64,000 bases of DNA from Candidatus Latescibacterota bacterium (GCA_965221775.1 CBDCSU010000004.1:1024001-1088000); one strand, 5' to 3'. Shown: positions 26,678-39,000, counted from the first letter of the stretch. Program-made: numbers and translations. The notes: generated by a model not told the origin, from the letters alone.

Positions 26678-28836
26678 GAGCCCACGTAGAAAGGGCTTGT
26701 CCAGGCACGGGATCCGTCGATCTGGGTCACCCGGACGTAGTAGGGATGGGGACGGCCGGCGGCGGGCACCGGCTCGGTGTATTCGAAACGGCAACTGCTT
26801 CCGCAGCCGACCGGCGCCGGCTCGACCCGGACCTGGAGGCCCTCCCCTCCCGCATCGTGCACCCAGGGCGCTTCGGTGACCTCCGCCAGGGCCACTTCGA
26901 AGGAGGCGATGGCGGTCTCGAAGCGAAGCCTGGCCCCGGGACCGGCGTCGACGTCGAGGAGGACGCCGTCCTCGTCTCCCGAGGTGACCGATCGCCAGGC
27001 CACCCGCTCTCCCGTCTGCTCGACGATGCCCTCGGCGGCGCTGTCGAAGGCGTACCCATCGGCCGAGAGGATTCGCCCTCCGTGAAGGGTGAGCGACCCG
27101 TCCCAACGCGCCAGGCGGTCGCGGCCCCGGATGCGGGCTCCGCTCCAGACGACGCGGAGCCGGTCCGGGTCCCGCTCGAGAGGGTCGGGGTGGCTGTAGA
27201 CGCACTCCTTTCCGCGCATGACTCGCACCTCTTCGAGATCGGCGGTGCCCTCGACGGAGACCGAGAGCTGGATGCGGTCGGCGTCGAAGGCCTCTCCGAT
27301 CCAGCGGGTGCCGTCCTGGGCCCGTACGTCCAGGTCGATGCGCCGGCCGGTGGTGGCGTAGCAGCGCCGGGCCCTGAGCGCCTCCCATACGCCCTTCCGG
27401 GTCAGCTCGGTGGCCAGCACGCAGGTGAGCCCCCCGTACACGCCGAAAGACGCGGCGCCCGGATAGCTGGCCCCCGGACGCCCCTTGTGGTCGTCGCTGC
27501 CGGCGACGAAACCGACCCGGCAGCCGCGCTCCAGGGCCTCTTCGAGGAGCCACTCGAACTGGCCCCAGGCCGAGTAGATCTCGATGACGGGCTCCAGTTC
27601 CGGATCGTGGTACCGCAGGTTGGCCGGGCGGCCGCCGATGTGGGGCACCACGAGGGCCGGTCCCCCCCGGCGCAACTCGGCGAACAGCTCCTCCACCGGG
27701 TAGCGGTCGCTGGCCAGGTCTTCCCGATCGTCCACCTGCCAGTGGCTGGTGCGGTGGATGGGGAGACCGTCCTCGAGGTAGTAGACGTTGCGGTCGCCCC
27801 CGGCGGGCGTCGTGGCCGACCACTCGTAGCCGGGGAAGAAGACGAAACGCCCCGGGGCGTCGAATTCGCGCGCCCTCCGGCCGATGCGGTCCCAGAAGGC
27901 CGGGGTGATCTGGAAGTCGTTCCCTTGGTGGCCGGCGAAGTCGAGGAGGGCCACGTCGCGGGCGAAGACGAGGTAGTCCTCGAGGCTGTTGGTGCCCACC
28001 GTCTCCTCGCTCTGGCCGTGCAGGTCCCCCCAGTACGGCGCAAAACGCTCCCCGCCGTCGACGCAGACCACGGGATTGCTCTCGGCTTTCAGGGGTCCGA
28101 TGCGAGCGCTCACCCGGTAGGCGCCGGCCGCTTCCGCCGAGACCTCCTGGATCCGCTGGACGCCCCCCTCGCCCCTGGTGAAGACGACCTCTGCCGGGAC
28201 GCCCTCGAGGCCGCCGGGGTCCAGGGCCACCCGGCCCTTGTGGCCGCGGACGGGGTTCCCCCACTCGTCCTCGAGCTTGACGCCGAGGGGAAAGGGCTCG
28301 CCTCGGACGACCCGGGTCGGAGCGGTCAGGACCAGCCTCGCCGGGGAGGCCGGCACGATCTCGACCGCGGGCTGGTCCTCGATCTCGATGAACCGCCCGG
28401 TGCCGAAGGGATCGACGCAGACCTTGAACTCGAAGGTCCTCTCCTGGAAGGTCTGGGCCACCGTCCCCGCCGAACCTCCGGAGCGGTCCCCGTACACCAC
28501 GGTGATCCTCTCTCCCCGCGACAGGGCCCACTCCGAGACATCGATGACCAGGCACTTCTGCCAGGGCCGCACGTAGCCCTTGGGGTCCCATCGGTGAGAG
28601 ATCCGCCCGGGCCCGTCGGTGGTGACCGTGCAGTAGTCGAGGGCCGTGGGGTCCTGGCTCTGGGGGCGGCCCCAGTCCGAGGCGAAGCGCCAGGCGATCT
28701 TGAGGGTTCCGCCGTCGTCGATCCCGTACTCACCGACGTGGTAGGTGAGGGTATAGGTCCCCAGGCTGCCCGCCACCACCGACCCCGAGGGCTTCAGCTC
28801 CGCCCAGCCGATGTACCGGCCTGTCTTTCTCGTCAT
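26674..28836 (-). CDS. DUF3604 / PHP-like metal-dependent hydrolase domain protein
   Basis: WGDLHGQS, FPGYEWS, VPHIGG, GFVAGSDDH, RRCYATTG. Confidence 0.78.
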   Translation of the reverse strand: MTRKTGRYIGWAELKPSGSVVAGSLGTYTLTYHVGEYGIDDGGTLKIAWRFASDWGRPQSQDPTALDYCTVTTDGPGRISHRWDPKGYVRPWQKCLVIDVSEWALSRGERITVVYGDRSGGSAGTVAQTFQERTFEFKVCVDPFGTGRFIEIEDQPAVEIVPASPARLVLTAPTRVVRGEPFPLGVKLEDEWGNPVRGHKGRVALDPGGLEGVPAEVVFTRGEGGVQRIQEVSAEAAGAYRVSARIGPLKAESNPVVCVDGGERFAPYWGDLHGQSEETVGTNSLEDYLVFARDVALLDFAGHQGNDFQITPAFWDRIGRRAREFDAPGRFVFFPGYEWSATTPAGGDRNVYYLEDGLPIHRTSHWQVDDREDLASDRYPVEELFAELRRGGPALVVPHIGGRPANLRYHDPELEPVIEIYSAWGQFEWLLEEALERGCRVGFVAGSDDHKGRPGASYPGAASFGVYGGLTCVLATELTRKGVWEALRARRCYATTGRRIDLDVRAQDGTRWIGEAFDADRIQLSVSVEGTADLEEVRVMRGKECVYSHPDPLERDPDRLRVVWSGARIRGRDRLARWDGSLTLHGGRILSADGYAFDSAAEGIVEQTGERVAWRSVTSGDEDGVLLDVDAGPGARLRFETAIASFEVALAEVTEAPWVHDAGGEGLQVRVEPAPVGCGSSCRFEYTEPVPAAGRPHPYYVRVTQIDGSRAWTSPFYVGS

Positions 28837-28917
28837 GTCCCTCCCGAAGGCTGCATGGATCTAATGTAGAAGCCCCCCGGTTTCCGTGTCACCCCGCCCT
28901 TTTGCCGGCGGTGTCCA

Positions 28918-31320
28918 TTGTTGGTATCATCGCCCGAGCTACCCAAGGTGCCGACCCTTTCCGCCCACATTCTCGAACCCGCCGGCGTCGCCAGGAGCCG
29001 CTGGCCGGTCACCGCGGGACTGCCCTTCGCCCCCGGCGAGCTGAGAGAGACGGAAGGCCTGGGCGTTTCCACCGAGGACGGCCAGGCCCTGCCGGCACGG
29101 GCCGACGTGCGCGCCCGCTGGCCGGACGGCTCGGTGCGCTGGGCCCTGCTCGACCTGCAGGTGGAGATCGGGGCGCAGGAGCGGCTCGGGCTGCTGATCG
29201 ATCCGCAGGCCGGCCCAGGCGACTTCAAGTCGCCGCTGCACGGCGAGATCCGCGGGGACTTCATCGATGTGGAGACGGGCGCGCTGGCTCTGCGCATCGG
29301 CCGCCGGGGGCGCCGCCTGATCCGGTCCGTCTCCAGGGGGCGCCGCGAATTCCTCGCCATGGGGGACGAGGGTGACCTGACGGCCTGGGACGGAGAGGGG
29401 AACGCCTGTTCCGGCCGGATCGAGGCGGCCGCGATCGAGGAGGCGAATCCCCTGCGCCTCGTGGTCCGCTGCCGAGGCCGCTTCACCGGTCCGGCGGGGC
29501 CCTTCCTGGGCTTCGAGGCCCGCATCATCTGCTTCGCCCATCAGCCCTTCGTGCGCATCGACTTCACTTTCGTCCACGACCTCGACCACCGGGCCGAGCT
29601 GTTCCTCCGCAGGCTCGCGCTGCAACTGCCACTGTCTCTGGCCGCGGCTCCGCGCCGGGCCCTGGCGGGCTCCCAAGTCTCGGGGTGGACCTTCCACGAG
29701 CCCATCGACCTTGCGCCCACGGACAGGATCGACCTGACGCAGTGGAACCTGGAGCGCCACTGCCTCCGCTGGGGGGGCGGCCAGCGTCTCGACCTGCGGA
29801 CCAACAGCCTCGGGTGGCTGCACGTCGCCGACGGCCAGGCCGGAGTGACCTGCAAGCTGCGCCGCCCCTCTCAGAGCTATCCGAAGAGATGGGCCTTCGA
29901 GGACGACCGCCTGTGCCTGGACTTGTTCCCGGATCTCTCGGGTCTGGGCGACGCCGAGAGCGGCCCCGGACGCAGGTACACGGAGATCGACTATGCCGGC
30001 GGCGCCTGCCACGACGGGCCGCTGCGGTTGCCCCAGGGCATGGCGCGGACCCACGAGATCTACCTGCACTTCGGCCCCGGGGCCGCCGGCGCGGCCGAGG
30101 TCGACCGCTTCTGCCTGGCCGCGGAGATGCCGCTGCTGCTGCAGCTGCCTTCCACCCGATACGCCGAGACCGGTGTCTTCGGGCCCTTCCCCCCCTTCTC
30201 GGAAGCCCGCTGGCCGCTGGAGGCCAGGCTGCGACGGTTCTGCCGCCCCCCGAACGGCCGCGGCATCCTCAACGACGGCGACCAGGTGCGCCTGGAGAGC
30301 CTGGCCGATGGCCGCGTGGTGACCCGCACCACCGAGAACCTGGCCTACGAGCTGCCGCGCTCGATCCTGCGGCAGTACCTGCGCTCGGGGGATCAGCGCC
30401 TGTTCTGGGAGGGCCAGGCGGCCGTCCGCCACCTCATGGACGTGGACACCGTGCACCACCAGTCGGAGCATCCGGAGTGGGTCGGCGGACCGTACTTCCA
30501 GTGGTCGCAGAACCACCACTATGCCACGACCGACGAGACCGACCTGACCGGCCCTCGCACGAGCCACACCTGGCTCGGGTCGCTCCTCGACTACCACTTC
30601 CTCACCGGCTGTCCCCGCGCCCGGCAGGTCGCCGAGATGTGCGCCGACTATTGCCGCCGCGCCGCACCGTATCACTGGAAGCAGGAGCTCACCCCCGAAC
30701 GAGCGGCCGCGGCGGCCGCCGGCGAGCCCGTCCCCTGGCGGTTCTCCACCCGCAGCGTGGGATGGGCCCTGACGGGGATGGGGACCTACTACGACGCCTT
30801 CCCGGAGGACCGCTTCCTGCCCGCCATGGAGTCCCTCGTCGACCTCCTCGAGGTCTGGCAGGACGAGCAGGGCCGCTGGCGCGACCGCATCGGCACCCAC
30901 AACCTGGGCGAAACCCCCTTCATGGTCTCCGGAGTTCTCCAGGGGCTGCAGCTCTACCATGCCGCCACCGGCGAAGAGCGGGCCCGAAGGATGCTGCTGG
31001 ACGGCACCCGCTTCCTGTCCCGGAAGGGACGCACCCCGGAAGGCCTATTCTATTACAAAGAAGCTCCCATATCGGCCGATCCCCACACCTCGACGGCCAT
31101 GCTTCTCGGCCCCTTGGCCTGGGCCCACGAGCAGACCGGCGAGGCCGACCTGCTCGATGCGGGGTACCGGCTCTTCCGCTGGCTCGTCGACGAGGGCCAG
31201 GTCTCCACCTACATGCTGAAGGACCTCTTCGCCTTCATGCCGCTCATGGAGCGGCTGGGCCTTCTGGGCGACTACGAGCCCCCCGACGCCAGGTCCGCTG
31301 CCCGGGAGGGCTCTGGATGA
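28918..31320 (+). CDS. YetA/PcRGLX-like (rhamnogalacturonan lyase-related) protein
   Basis: PVTAGLPFAPG and RWPDGSVRWALLD N-terminal motifs; helical C-terminal region with RHLMDVD. Start uncertain. Confidence 0.6.
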   Translation: MLVSSPELPKVPTLSAHILEPAGVARSRWPVTAGLPFAPGELRETEGLGVSTEDGQALPARADVRARWPDGSVRWALLDLQVEIGAQERLGLLIDPQAGPGDFKSPLHGEIRGDFIDVETGALALRIGRRGRRLIRSVSRGRREFLAMGDEGDLTAWDGEGNACSGRIEAAAIEEANPLRLVVRCRGRFTGPAGPFLGFEARIICFAHQPFVRIDFTFVHDLDHRAELFLRRLALQLPLSLAAAPRRALAGSQVSGWTFHEPIDLAPTDRIDLTQWNLERHCLRWGGGQRLDLRTNSLGWLHVADGQAGVTCKLRRPSQSYPKRWAFEDDRLCLDLFPDLSGLGDAESGPGRRYTEIDYAGGACHDGPLRLPQGMARTHEIYLHFGPGAAGAAEVDRFCLAAEMPLLLQLPSTRYAETGVFGPFPPFSEARWPLEARLRRFCRPPNGRGILNDGDQVRLESLADGRVVTRTTENLAYELPRSILRQYLRSGDQRLFWEGQAAVRHLMDVDTVHHQSEHPEWVGGPYFQWSQNHHYATTDETDLTGPRTSHTWLGSLLDYHFLTGCPRARQVAEMCADYCRRAAPYHWKQELTPERAAAAAAGEPVPWRFSTRSVGWALTGMGTYYDAFPEDRFLPAMESLVDLLEVWQDEQGRWRDRIGTHNLGETPFMVSGVLQGLQLYHAATGEERARRMLLDGTRFLSRKGRTPEGLFYYKEAPISADPHTSTAMLLGPLAWAHEQTGEADLLDAGYRLFRWLVDEGQVSTYMLKDLFAFMPLMERLGLLGDYEPPDARSAAREGSG

Positions 31321-32234
31321 AGGACGACCCCGGCCTGCTGGAGATCGTGGAACGCGCCCTGCGGGAGGATCTCGGCGGCGGCCTCGACCCCGATGCGGAC
31401 GTCACCACCCGGTGGACGGTGGGCGTCGCCGCCGAGGCCCGCGCCCGGATCCTGTCCCGCGGCGCCGGGGTCGCGGCCGGCGTGCAGGCGGCGGTCCTGG
31501 TCTTCCGGCGGCTCCATCCAGGACTATCGGTCCACGCGGTCCTGGCCGATGGCGACCCCCTGGTCCCGGGCGACAACGTCCTCCACCTGAGTGGCCCCGC
31601 CGCCCCCATCCTCGTGGGCGAACGCACCGCTCTCAACCTGCTTCAGCAATTGTCGGGCATCGCCTCCCTGACGCGGACCTACGTCGATGCCGTGGCGGGG
31701 ACCCGGGCCCGAATCACGGATACCCGCAAGACCATCCCCGGCCTGCGGCGCCTGCAGAAGGAGGCGGTGCGCAGCGGAGGCGGCTTCAATCACCGTTTCG
31801 GGCTGCACGATGCCGTGCTCATCAAGGAGAACCACGCCCGCGCCGCCGGGGGGGTGGTCGAGGCGGTGCGCCGGGCGCGCGCAGGGGCCGCCGAGCCGGA
31901 GAGGGAGCGGCCCCCGATCATGTGTGAAGCGGAGACTCTGGAGGAGGTTCAGGCTCTGGTGGTAGCCGGTCCCCGGAGCCGCCCGGACCGGATCCTCCTC
32001 GACAACATGCCCCTGGCCACGATGGCCGAGTGTGTGCGGCTCTTGCAGACCGCCGCGGCGGACGTGGAGACCGAGGCCACCGGCGGCATCACCCTCGACG
32101 AGGTCCGTGCCGTGGCCGAGACCGGGGTCGACTGGATCTCGGTGGGTGCCCTCACCCACTCCGCACCAGCCCTCGACCTGAGCCTGCTGTTCGAGGCGAC
32201 AGACCGGCCCCGGGCCCGGAGCGAGAAACCGTGA
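31317..32234 (+). CDS. nadC: Nicotinate-nucleotide diphosphorylase (carboxylating)
   Basis: ERTALNLLQQLSGIA, DTRKTIPGLR, HRFGLHDAVLIKENH, LLDNM, ISVGALTHSA. Confidence 0.96.
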   Translation: MKDDPGLLEIVERALREDLGGGLDPDADVTTRWTVGVAAEARARILSRGAGVAAGVQAAVLVFRRLHPGLSVHAVLADGDPLVPGDNVLHLSGPAAPILVGERTALNLLQQLSGIASLTRTYVDAVAGTRARITDTRKTIPGLRRLQKEAVRSGGGFNHRFGLHDAVLIKENHARAAGGVVEAVRRARAGAAEPERERPPIMCEAETLEEVQALVVAGPRSRPDRILLDNMPLATMAECVRLLQTAAADVETEATGGITLDEVRAVAETGVDWISVGALTHSAPALDLSLLFEATDRPRARSEKP

Positions 32235-32329
32235 GCGAGTCCGACTCCACGGTCCTCGCCAGCCCGGGGCCCGAATCTGCCCCGAATCAGGGGCCTCGAA
32301 CCCCCCGATTCCTTGATTTGTTCGGCTAC

Positions 32330-32358
32330 TTGCTGTATTTTGAGACGATCGCTATATT
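32330..32358 (+). promoter_or_regulatory. Putative sigma70-type promoter ~720 bp upstream of adhesin gene
   Basis: TTGCTG, 17-nt spacer, TATATT in the most AT-rich part of the intergenic region. Confidence 0.45.
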
Positions 32359-33076
32359 CCTCGGCGTTGCCTCGTCTTTACGCTACCAGTTGGGTAGGGT
32401 TGGGTGCGCCGCGTCTGGTGCAGGTTGCCTTCCAGCGGGGGGCCGCACCGTTCCGAGTTAACCTGGACTCGTAGATTGCAAATCTGCTGTCCTCCCTCGC
32501 GCGTCCAGCGCATGTGGTCGCTTGGACACGTTTCCAGGCGCGGGGGCGTCGGCTCCCCAAACGACATGGTGACGCTGTCCCAACTCCTCAGCGGATCTTC
32601 CCATTCCGAACCCAGTTGCGGCATTGCCTCCCGCAAGACCGCTTCAGGTTCGATACGGTCGGCACACGGCCCAGTGGTGCAAAGGCTCATGCTGAATCAA
32701 GGTGCGCCCGGCTGGGTTGATCTCCACCGGCAGCCAGGCCAGGAATTCGACAAGGCCCCGGCGATGGTGTCCCCCGGCCCGGGCCCGATTCTTCAGCCCT
32801 TCTGTGCTCTTGCGCGACGTTCCTCCCCTGGCGGGTTCCCGCCGTTGGATGCCCCCCTCCGTGGCCATGGTGGCCACGCCGGAGGCCACCAGCGGGGCCG
32901 GCTGGTTGATCGACCGCGGCTGAGATCGCAGGACACCGGGCTCGACCGCCCATCCTGCAGGGCCGCGGCCCTGGCCCACTTGAACCATCTTCCGGGACCG
33001 CCTTCCACGGCAATCCCGCGTGTGGTTCCGTTCCCGACCGAGAAAATCCCGAGTCGACTCAGAAAGGATCTCAGAA

Positions 33077-36000
33077 ATGTCGCATAGCAGAGGATTGATT
33101 GGGAGGCTGATCCCGATAGGGTTGAGCACCTTCCTTTGGACGAGTCTGCCGGCTACGGCTCAAGTAGCCGGCGAGGCCGAGCGTACGCCGGAGGCGGTCA
33201 CCGGGGTACGCGCCGAGATCAATGCCGAAGGAACGGGTATCACCGTCTCCTGGGAGCTGTCGGATTCCGACCGGATCAGCAGCGTTCCCGTCGGTACCGG
33301 CGACTTCACCTCGGGCGGCTCCTTTGCGGGCATCAATGGCGTGGATGACTACCTCATCTACCGCCAGGGCGCCGACGACGACGAGCCTACTCAGGTGGGC
33401 TCGGTCAATGCCGGGATCAACACATTCGTCGATCGATCTTTCACCGTGGGGACGACCTACACGTACTCGGTTACCGCCACTCCCCCGGCCGGCGACAATG
33501 AGAGCGATCCCGCCGTGGCCGACGCACCAGTCGACGTGGGTCCCCCGCCGGCGGTCACGCTCACAGTCGACCGGACCAACCTTGGTGAGGGAGATGGTGT
33601 TGCGGCGGTCACGGTGACGGCAACCCTGGACAGGGCGTGGGCAATCAACACGCCGGTGGAGGTTTCGATATCCGATGCCGGTACGGCAGAGCATGCGGAA
33701 GGCCGCGACTACACGGCCGAGTCGCCGGAGCCGATCACCATTCCCGCCGGCGAGACCCAGGCCAGCACGACCCTGTCAATCGCCCTGAACGACGACAACC
33801 TGGCCGAAGGAGATACCCCCGAGACCATCGTCCTCGAGGGAGCTTCGGCCGTGACGGCGGGTGCCACGGTTACCCCGGTGGACCTGGAGGTAACCGGGAC
33901 CGGGCTCACCGTGACGGACAACGACGTGGCCCCCACCTCGATAGCGCTCACTGTGGGCACGTCCAGTGTGGACGAGGGCGCCGGCGAGACGGGCGTGGAG
34001 GTGACGGCCACCCTGGGTGACGGCAGCACCGCCCTGATCGTCGACACCCAGGTGACAGTGTCCCTGTCCGGGACCGATGAGGCGCTGGGCCCCGACTACT
34101 CGGCCGAAGAGCTCACCTTCACCGTTCCGGCAGAGCAGACCGCGGCCAGCGCGACGCTGACCCTGACCCCCAACGACGACAACTTGGCCGGCGAGGGGGA
34201 CGAGTCGATCGAGGTGGCCGGCGCCGCCGACGGGTTCACCGTCGAATCGGCGGCGATCACCCTGACCGACAACGATGTCGTTCCCACCTCCATCAGCCTC
34301 GCCGTCGATACCGCCAGTCTGGATGAAGGCGCCGGCGAGACCGCCATCAACGTGACCGCCACCCTGGGCGACGGCAGCACCGCCCTGATCACCGAGACAA
34401 CGGTCACCCTGTCCCTGTCGGGGACCGACGAGGCTCTCGGCCCCGACTACTCGGCGTCCGATGTCACCCTCACCGTCGCCCCCGGCGCCACCGATGGCAG
34501 CGGCACCCTGACCCTGACCCCCAACGACGACAACCTGGCCGGAGAAGGGGACGAGACCATCGAGGTGGCTGGCGCCGCCGACGGGTTCACCGTCGAATCG
34601 GCGGCGATCACCCTGACCGACAACGATGTCGTTCCCACCTCCATCAGCCTCGCCGTCGATACCGCCAGTCTGGATGAAGGCGCCGGCGAGACCGCCATCA
34701 ACGTGACCGCCACCCTGGGCGACGACAGCACCGCCCTGATCACCGATACTCAGGTCGCCCTGTCACTCTCAGGGACCCACGTGGATCTGGGCCCCGACTA
34801 CGAGGATGTCGAGGTCACCGTCACCGTCGCCGCCGGGGCTACCAATGGCAGCGGCATCCTGCCCCTGACACCGATCGACGACATCCTGGCCGGAGAAGGG
34901 GACGAGACCATCGAGGTGGCCGGCGCCGCCGACGGGTTCACCGTCGCGTCGGCGATGATCACCTTGACCGACAACGATGTGGTTCCCACCTCCATCACGC
35001 TCACCGTGGACCCGGGCAGCCTCGACGAGGGCGCCGGAGACACGGCCGTGGAGGTGACGGCCACCCTGGGCGACGGCAGCACCGCCCTCCTTACCGAAAC
35101 CCAGGTCGCCCTGTCCCTGTCCGGCACCCATGAGGTTTTCGGGGCCGACTACACGGCGGCCGATGTCACGATCACCGTCGCCCCCGGCGCCACCGATGGC
35201 AGCGGATCGGTATCGATCTCCGTGGTCGACGACAACCTGGCCGAGGGAGAGGAGACCATCGAGATCTCGGGTGCGGCCGAAGGGTTCGAGGTCCAGTCCA
35301 CGTCCCTCGGTCTCATCGACAACGACGTGGCTCCCACCTCCATAGCACTCGGCGTCGACACCGCCACCCTGGGCGAGGACGCCGGCGAGACGGCCGTGGA
35401 GGTCACGGCCACCCTGGGTGACGGCAGCACCGCCCTGCTGACGGACACGCAGGTGGCCCTCTCCGTGTCGGGGACCGACGAGACCCTGGGCTCCGACTAC
35501 GAGGCCGTCGAGGTCACCATCACCGTCGCCGCCGGCGAGACGGCTGGCAGCGGCACCCTGACCCTGACGCCGAATGACGACAACCTGGCCGAAGGGGACG
35601 AAACGATCGAGGTGGCCGGTGCCGCCGACGGCTTCACCGTCGAGTCCGCGTCGATCGGTTTCACCGACAACGACGTGCCTCCCACCTCCATCAGCCTCTC
35701 CGTGGCAGACCCGGCCAGCCTGGCCGAAGGCGCCGGGGAGACGGCCATCGAGGTGACGGCCACCCTGGGCGACGGCAGCACCGCCCTGCTCACCGAGACG
35801 GCGGTAACCGTCTCCCTGTCCGGGACCGACGAGGCCTTGGGCCCCGACTACACGGCCTCCGATGTCACCATCACAGTCGCTCCCGGGGCTACCTCGGGCA
35901 GCGGATCGGTGGCGATCTCCGTGGTCGACGACAACCTGGCCGAGGGAGACGAGACGATCGAGGTCTCCGGTGCGGCCGAGGGGTTCGCCGTCGAGTCGAC

Positions 36001-39000
36001 GATGGTTACCCTGATCGACGACGACGCGGCTCCTACCTCCATCAGCCTGGCCGTCGATACCGGCAGCCTGGATGAGAGCGCCGGGGAGACGGCCATCGAG
36101 GTGACCGCCACCCTGGGTGACGGCAGCACCGCCCTGCTCACCGAGACCCAGGTGACCCTGTCCCTGTCCGGGACCGACGAGGCTCTGGGCTCGGACTACG
36201 AGGCCTCGGACGTCACCATCACCGTCGCCGCCGGGGCTACCGGTGGCAGCGGCACCCTGACCCTGACGCCCAATGACGACAACCTGGCCGAAGGGAACGA
36301 GACCATCGAGGTGGCCGGTGCGGCCGACGGCTTCACCGTCGAGTCCGCGTCGATCGGCATCACCGACAACGACGTGGCTCCCACCTCGATCGTCCTGGCC
36401 GTGGACAACGACACCTTCGATGAAGGGGACGGCGAGACGGGCCTGACCGTCACCGCCACCCTGGGCGACGGAAGCACCGCCCTGCTCAGCGACACCGAGG
36501 TTGCTCTCGCGGTGGCCGAGAGCGATGACAATGCCGCCACCGGTACCAGCATCACCATCGCCGCCGGCCAGACCTCCGCCAGCGGGTCCCTGTCGCTGAC
36601 GCTCATCGAGGAGAACCTGGTCGACGGCGACAAGGTCATCCTGCTCACCGGAGACGCCGCCGGCTTCAACATCGGCGACGTCGAGCTCACCGTCACCGAC
36701 AACGACGTGGCTCCCACCACGATCACTCTCGAGGTGGACAACGATACCTTCGACGAGGGGGACGGTGAGACGAGCCTGACCGTCACCGCCACCCTGGGCG
36801 ACGGCAGCACCGCCCTGTTGAACCATATCGACGTCGACCTCGCCATAGCCGGGAGCGACGAGAACGGGGCTGCCGGCGGCGCCGTGAGGATCGAGGAACG
36901 CGAGACCGTCGGCAGCGCAAGTCTGTCGCTGACGCTCATCGACGAGAACCTCGTCGACGGCGACAAGACCATCACGCTCACGGGAACCGCCGACGGTTAC
37001 GACATCGGTGACGTCACGCTCACCGTCACCGACAACGACGTGGCTCCCACCACGATCACTCTCAGCCTCAGCAGGGACAGCTTCGACGAGAGCGACGGCG
37101 AGACGGCCATCACCGTAACCGCAGTCCTGGGCGACGGCAGCACCGCCCTGTTGAACGACACCCAGATCACCCTGTCCCTGTCGGGCACGGCCGAGGAAGG
37201 ATCGGACTACTCCGCTTCGGTGCCGTCGATCACGGTCGCAGCCACGGAGACCTCAGCCAGCGGCGTCCTGACTCTGACGCCGCCCGACGAGCTCATCCCC
37301 GAGTACGACGAGACAGTCGTGGTCGAGGGGTCGGCGTCGGGATTCACCGTCTCGTCGGTGACGATCACGCTCACCGATGACGACGATGAGCCGGTCGTGG
37401 TGACTCCCATCCCCGACATGACCCTGTATGTCGGCGGGGCTGACGGCGTCGTGGACCTGTCGGACAAGTTCCGTGGTCTCGACATGTCCTTCGCCGCCAC
37501 CTCGTCGGACCCGGGCGTCGCCACGGTCTCCGTGGCCGGATCCCAGGTAACGGTCTCGCCGGTGATCGAGGGCTCGTCCTCGATCGCGGTGACCGCCATG
37601 AACACCATCGGTCCCGACGCGGCTCAGAGCTTTTCGGTGACCGTGATCACCGAGCCGAATGAGACGCAGATCGTCACCGACGCCCTCGCGGCGATCGGCC
37701 GGACTACGCTTGCCAGCGTATCGACGGCAATCGGTACTCGCTTCTCCTCCAGGCCCAGCCTGAAGGTGAACTTGGCCGGTTACTCCCTCCTGGACGAGGG
37801 AGCTGCCGCCCACCTGGGGGTTGGTACCCTCGGCCTGCAGAACGAGATGCGGTATGCCATGGGCTCGCGGAACGAGATGTCATGGCAGCAGGCCCTGCGC
37901 AGCACCTCCTTCGCCGTTCCCATGGGCGAGTCCGGCGGCGGGTCCGATCCGAACCTGCCCAACTGGACGATCTGGGGGCTCGGCGACTACAACACCTTCG
38001 AAGGGACGCCGGACTACGGCAGCCACAGTGGTACGGTGACCTCGGTCTACCTGGGTGCTGACAAGCGGGTGGCCTCAAGCGCCCAGGTCGGTGCCACGGT
38101 CTCCTACAGCATGGGAGAGACCGACTACGACTTCGAGGGCGACGGCGCCAGCGGGTCGGGTGCCTTGACAACGGTTCTCACGAGCGTCTATCCCTACCTC
38201 CGCGTCGCGCCCAGCAAGGGCGTGGACATCTGGGCCATCGGTGGCCTGGGTGTTGGCACCGTGGAGAATGAGCGCGGCGTCTCCGGTACCACCGAAGAGG
38301 GCGACCTGGCCATGGCCCTGGCGATTCTGGGCGCAAGACGGTCCTTGGGCAACATGGGCGGATTGGATGTGGCCCTGCGCGGCGACGCCGGCACGGTGAA
38401 TCTCTCCACGGCCGAAGCGGAAGGCGTGATCGCCGACCAGGCCGTGGCCGCTCAACGCTTCCGCCTGGGACTCGAGGGAGCGCACACCTTCCAGATGTCC
38501 AGTTGTGCGAAGGTGACGCCCTACGGCGAGGTGAGCGGGCGCTTTGACGGTGGCGACGGTCAGACCGGCGGCGGTCTTGAGGCCGCGGGCGGCTTGCGCT
38601 ACGAGTGCCCGAGGTCGCGCTTCCGCCTGGAGGCCCGGGGCCGCGTCCTGGCTCTGAACTCCGCTTACAGCGAGACCGGCGGCAGCGTCATGGCCAGCTA
38701 CTCGCCCGGGGCGGATGGGCTCGGTCTGTCCATGGCCTTGGCGCCCAGTTGGGGTGCCAGTGGCGGTGGCGCCCAGGCGCTGTTGCGTGACGATGCCTTC
38801 CGGAAGATCGGCCATCTCGGCTCCACGCGGGATGACTGGTCCATGGACGCGCAGGTCGGCTACGGCATGCGGCTTCAGCCGGTGCCGGGCGTGCTTACGC
38901 CCTTCGCCCTGCTCGGTCCCGCCGGAGCCGGTTCGCAGATGCGCCTCGGGGTCCGCTTCGAAGGCCTGAGAGGTACAGCTTTCGAATTGATGGATCTCGA

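Noticed and set aside
32231-32461. 76-codon ORF overlapping the nadC stop, and other short ORFs in the 32235-33076 gap
   Set aside because: Runs through the promoter-like AT-rich patch, atypical codon usage, no motif; only the first codons could be a remnant.
32680-32780. c-di-AMP (ydaO) or c-di-GMP riboswitch suggested by GCTGAATC
   Set aside because: Remaining consensus elements could not be found by eye.
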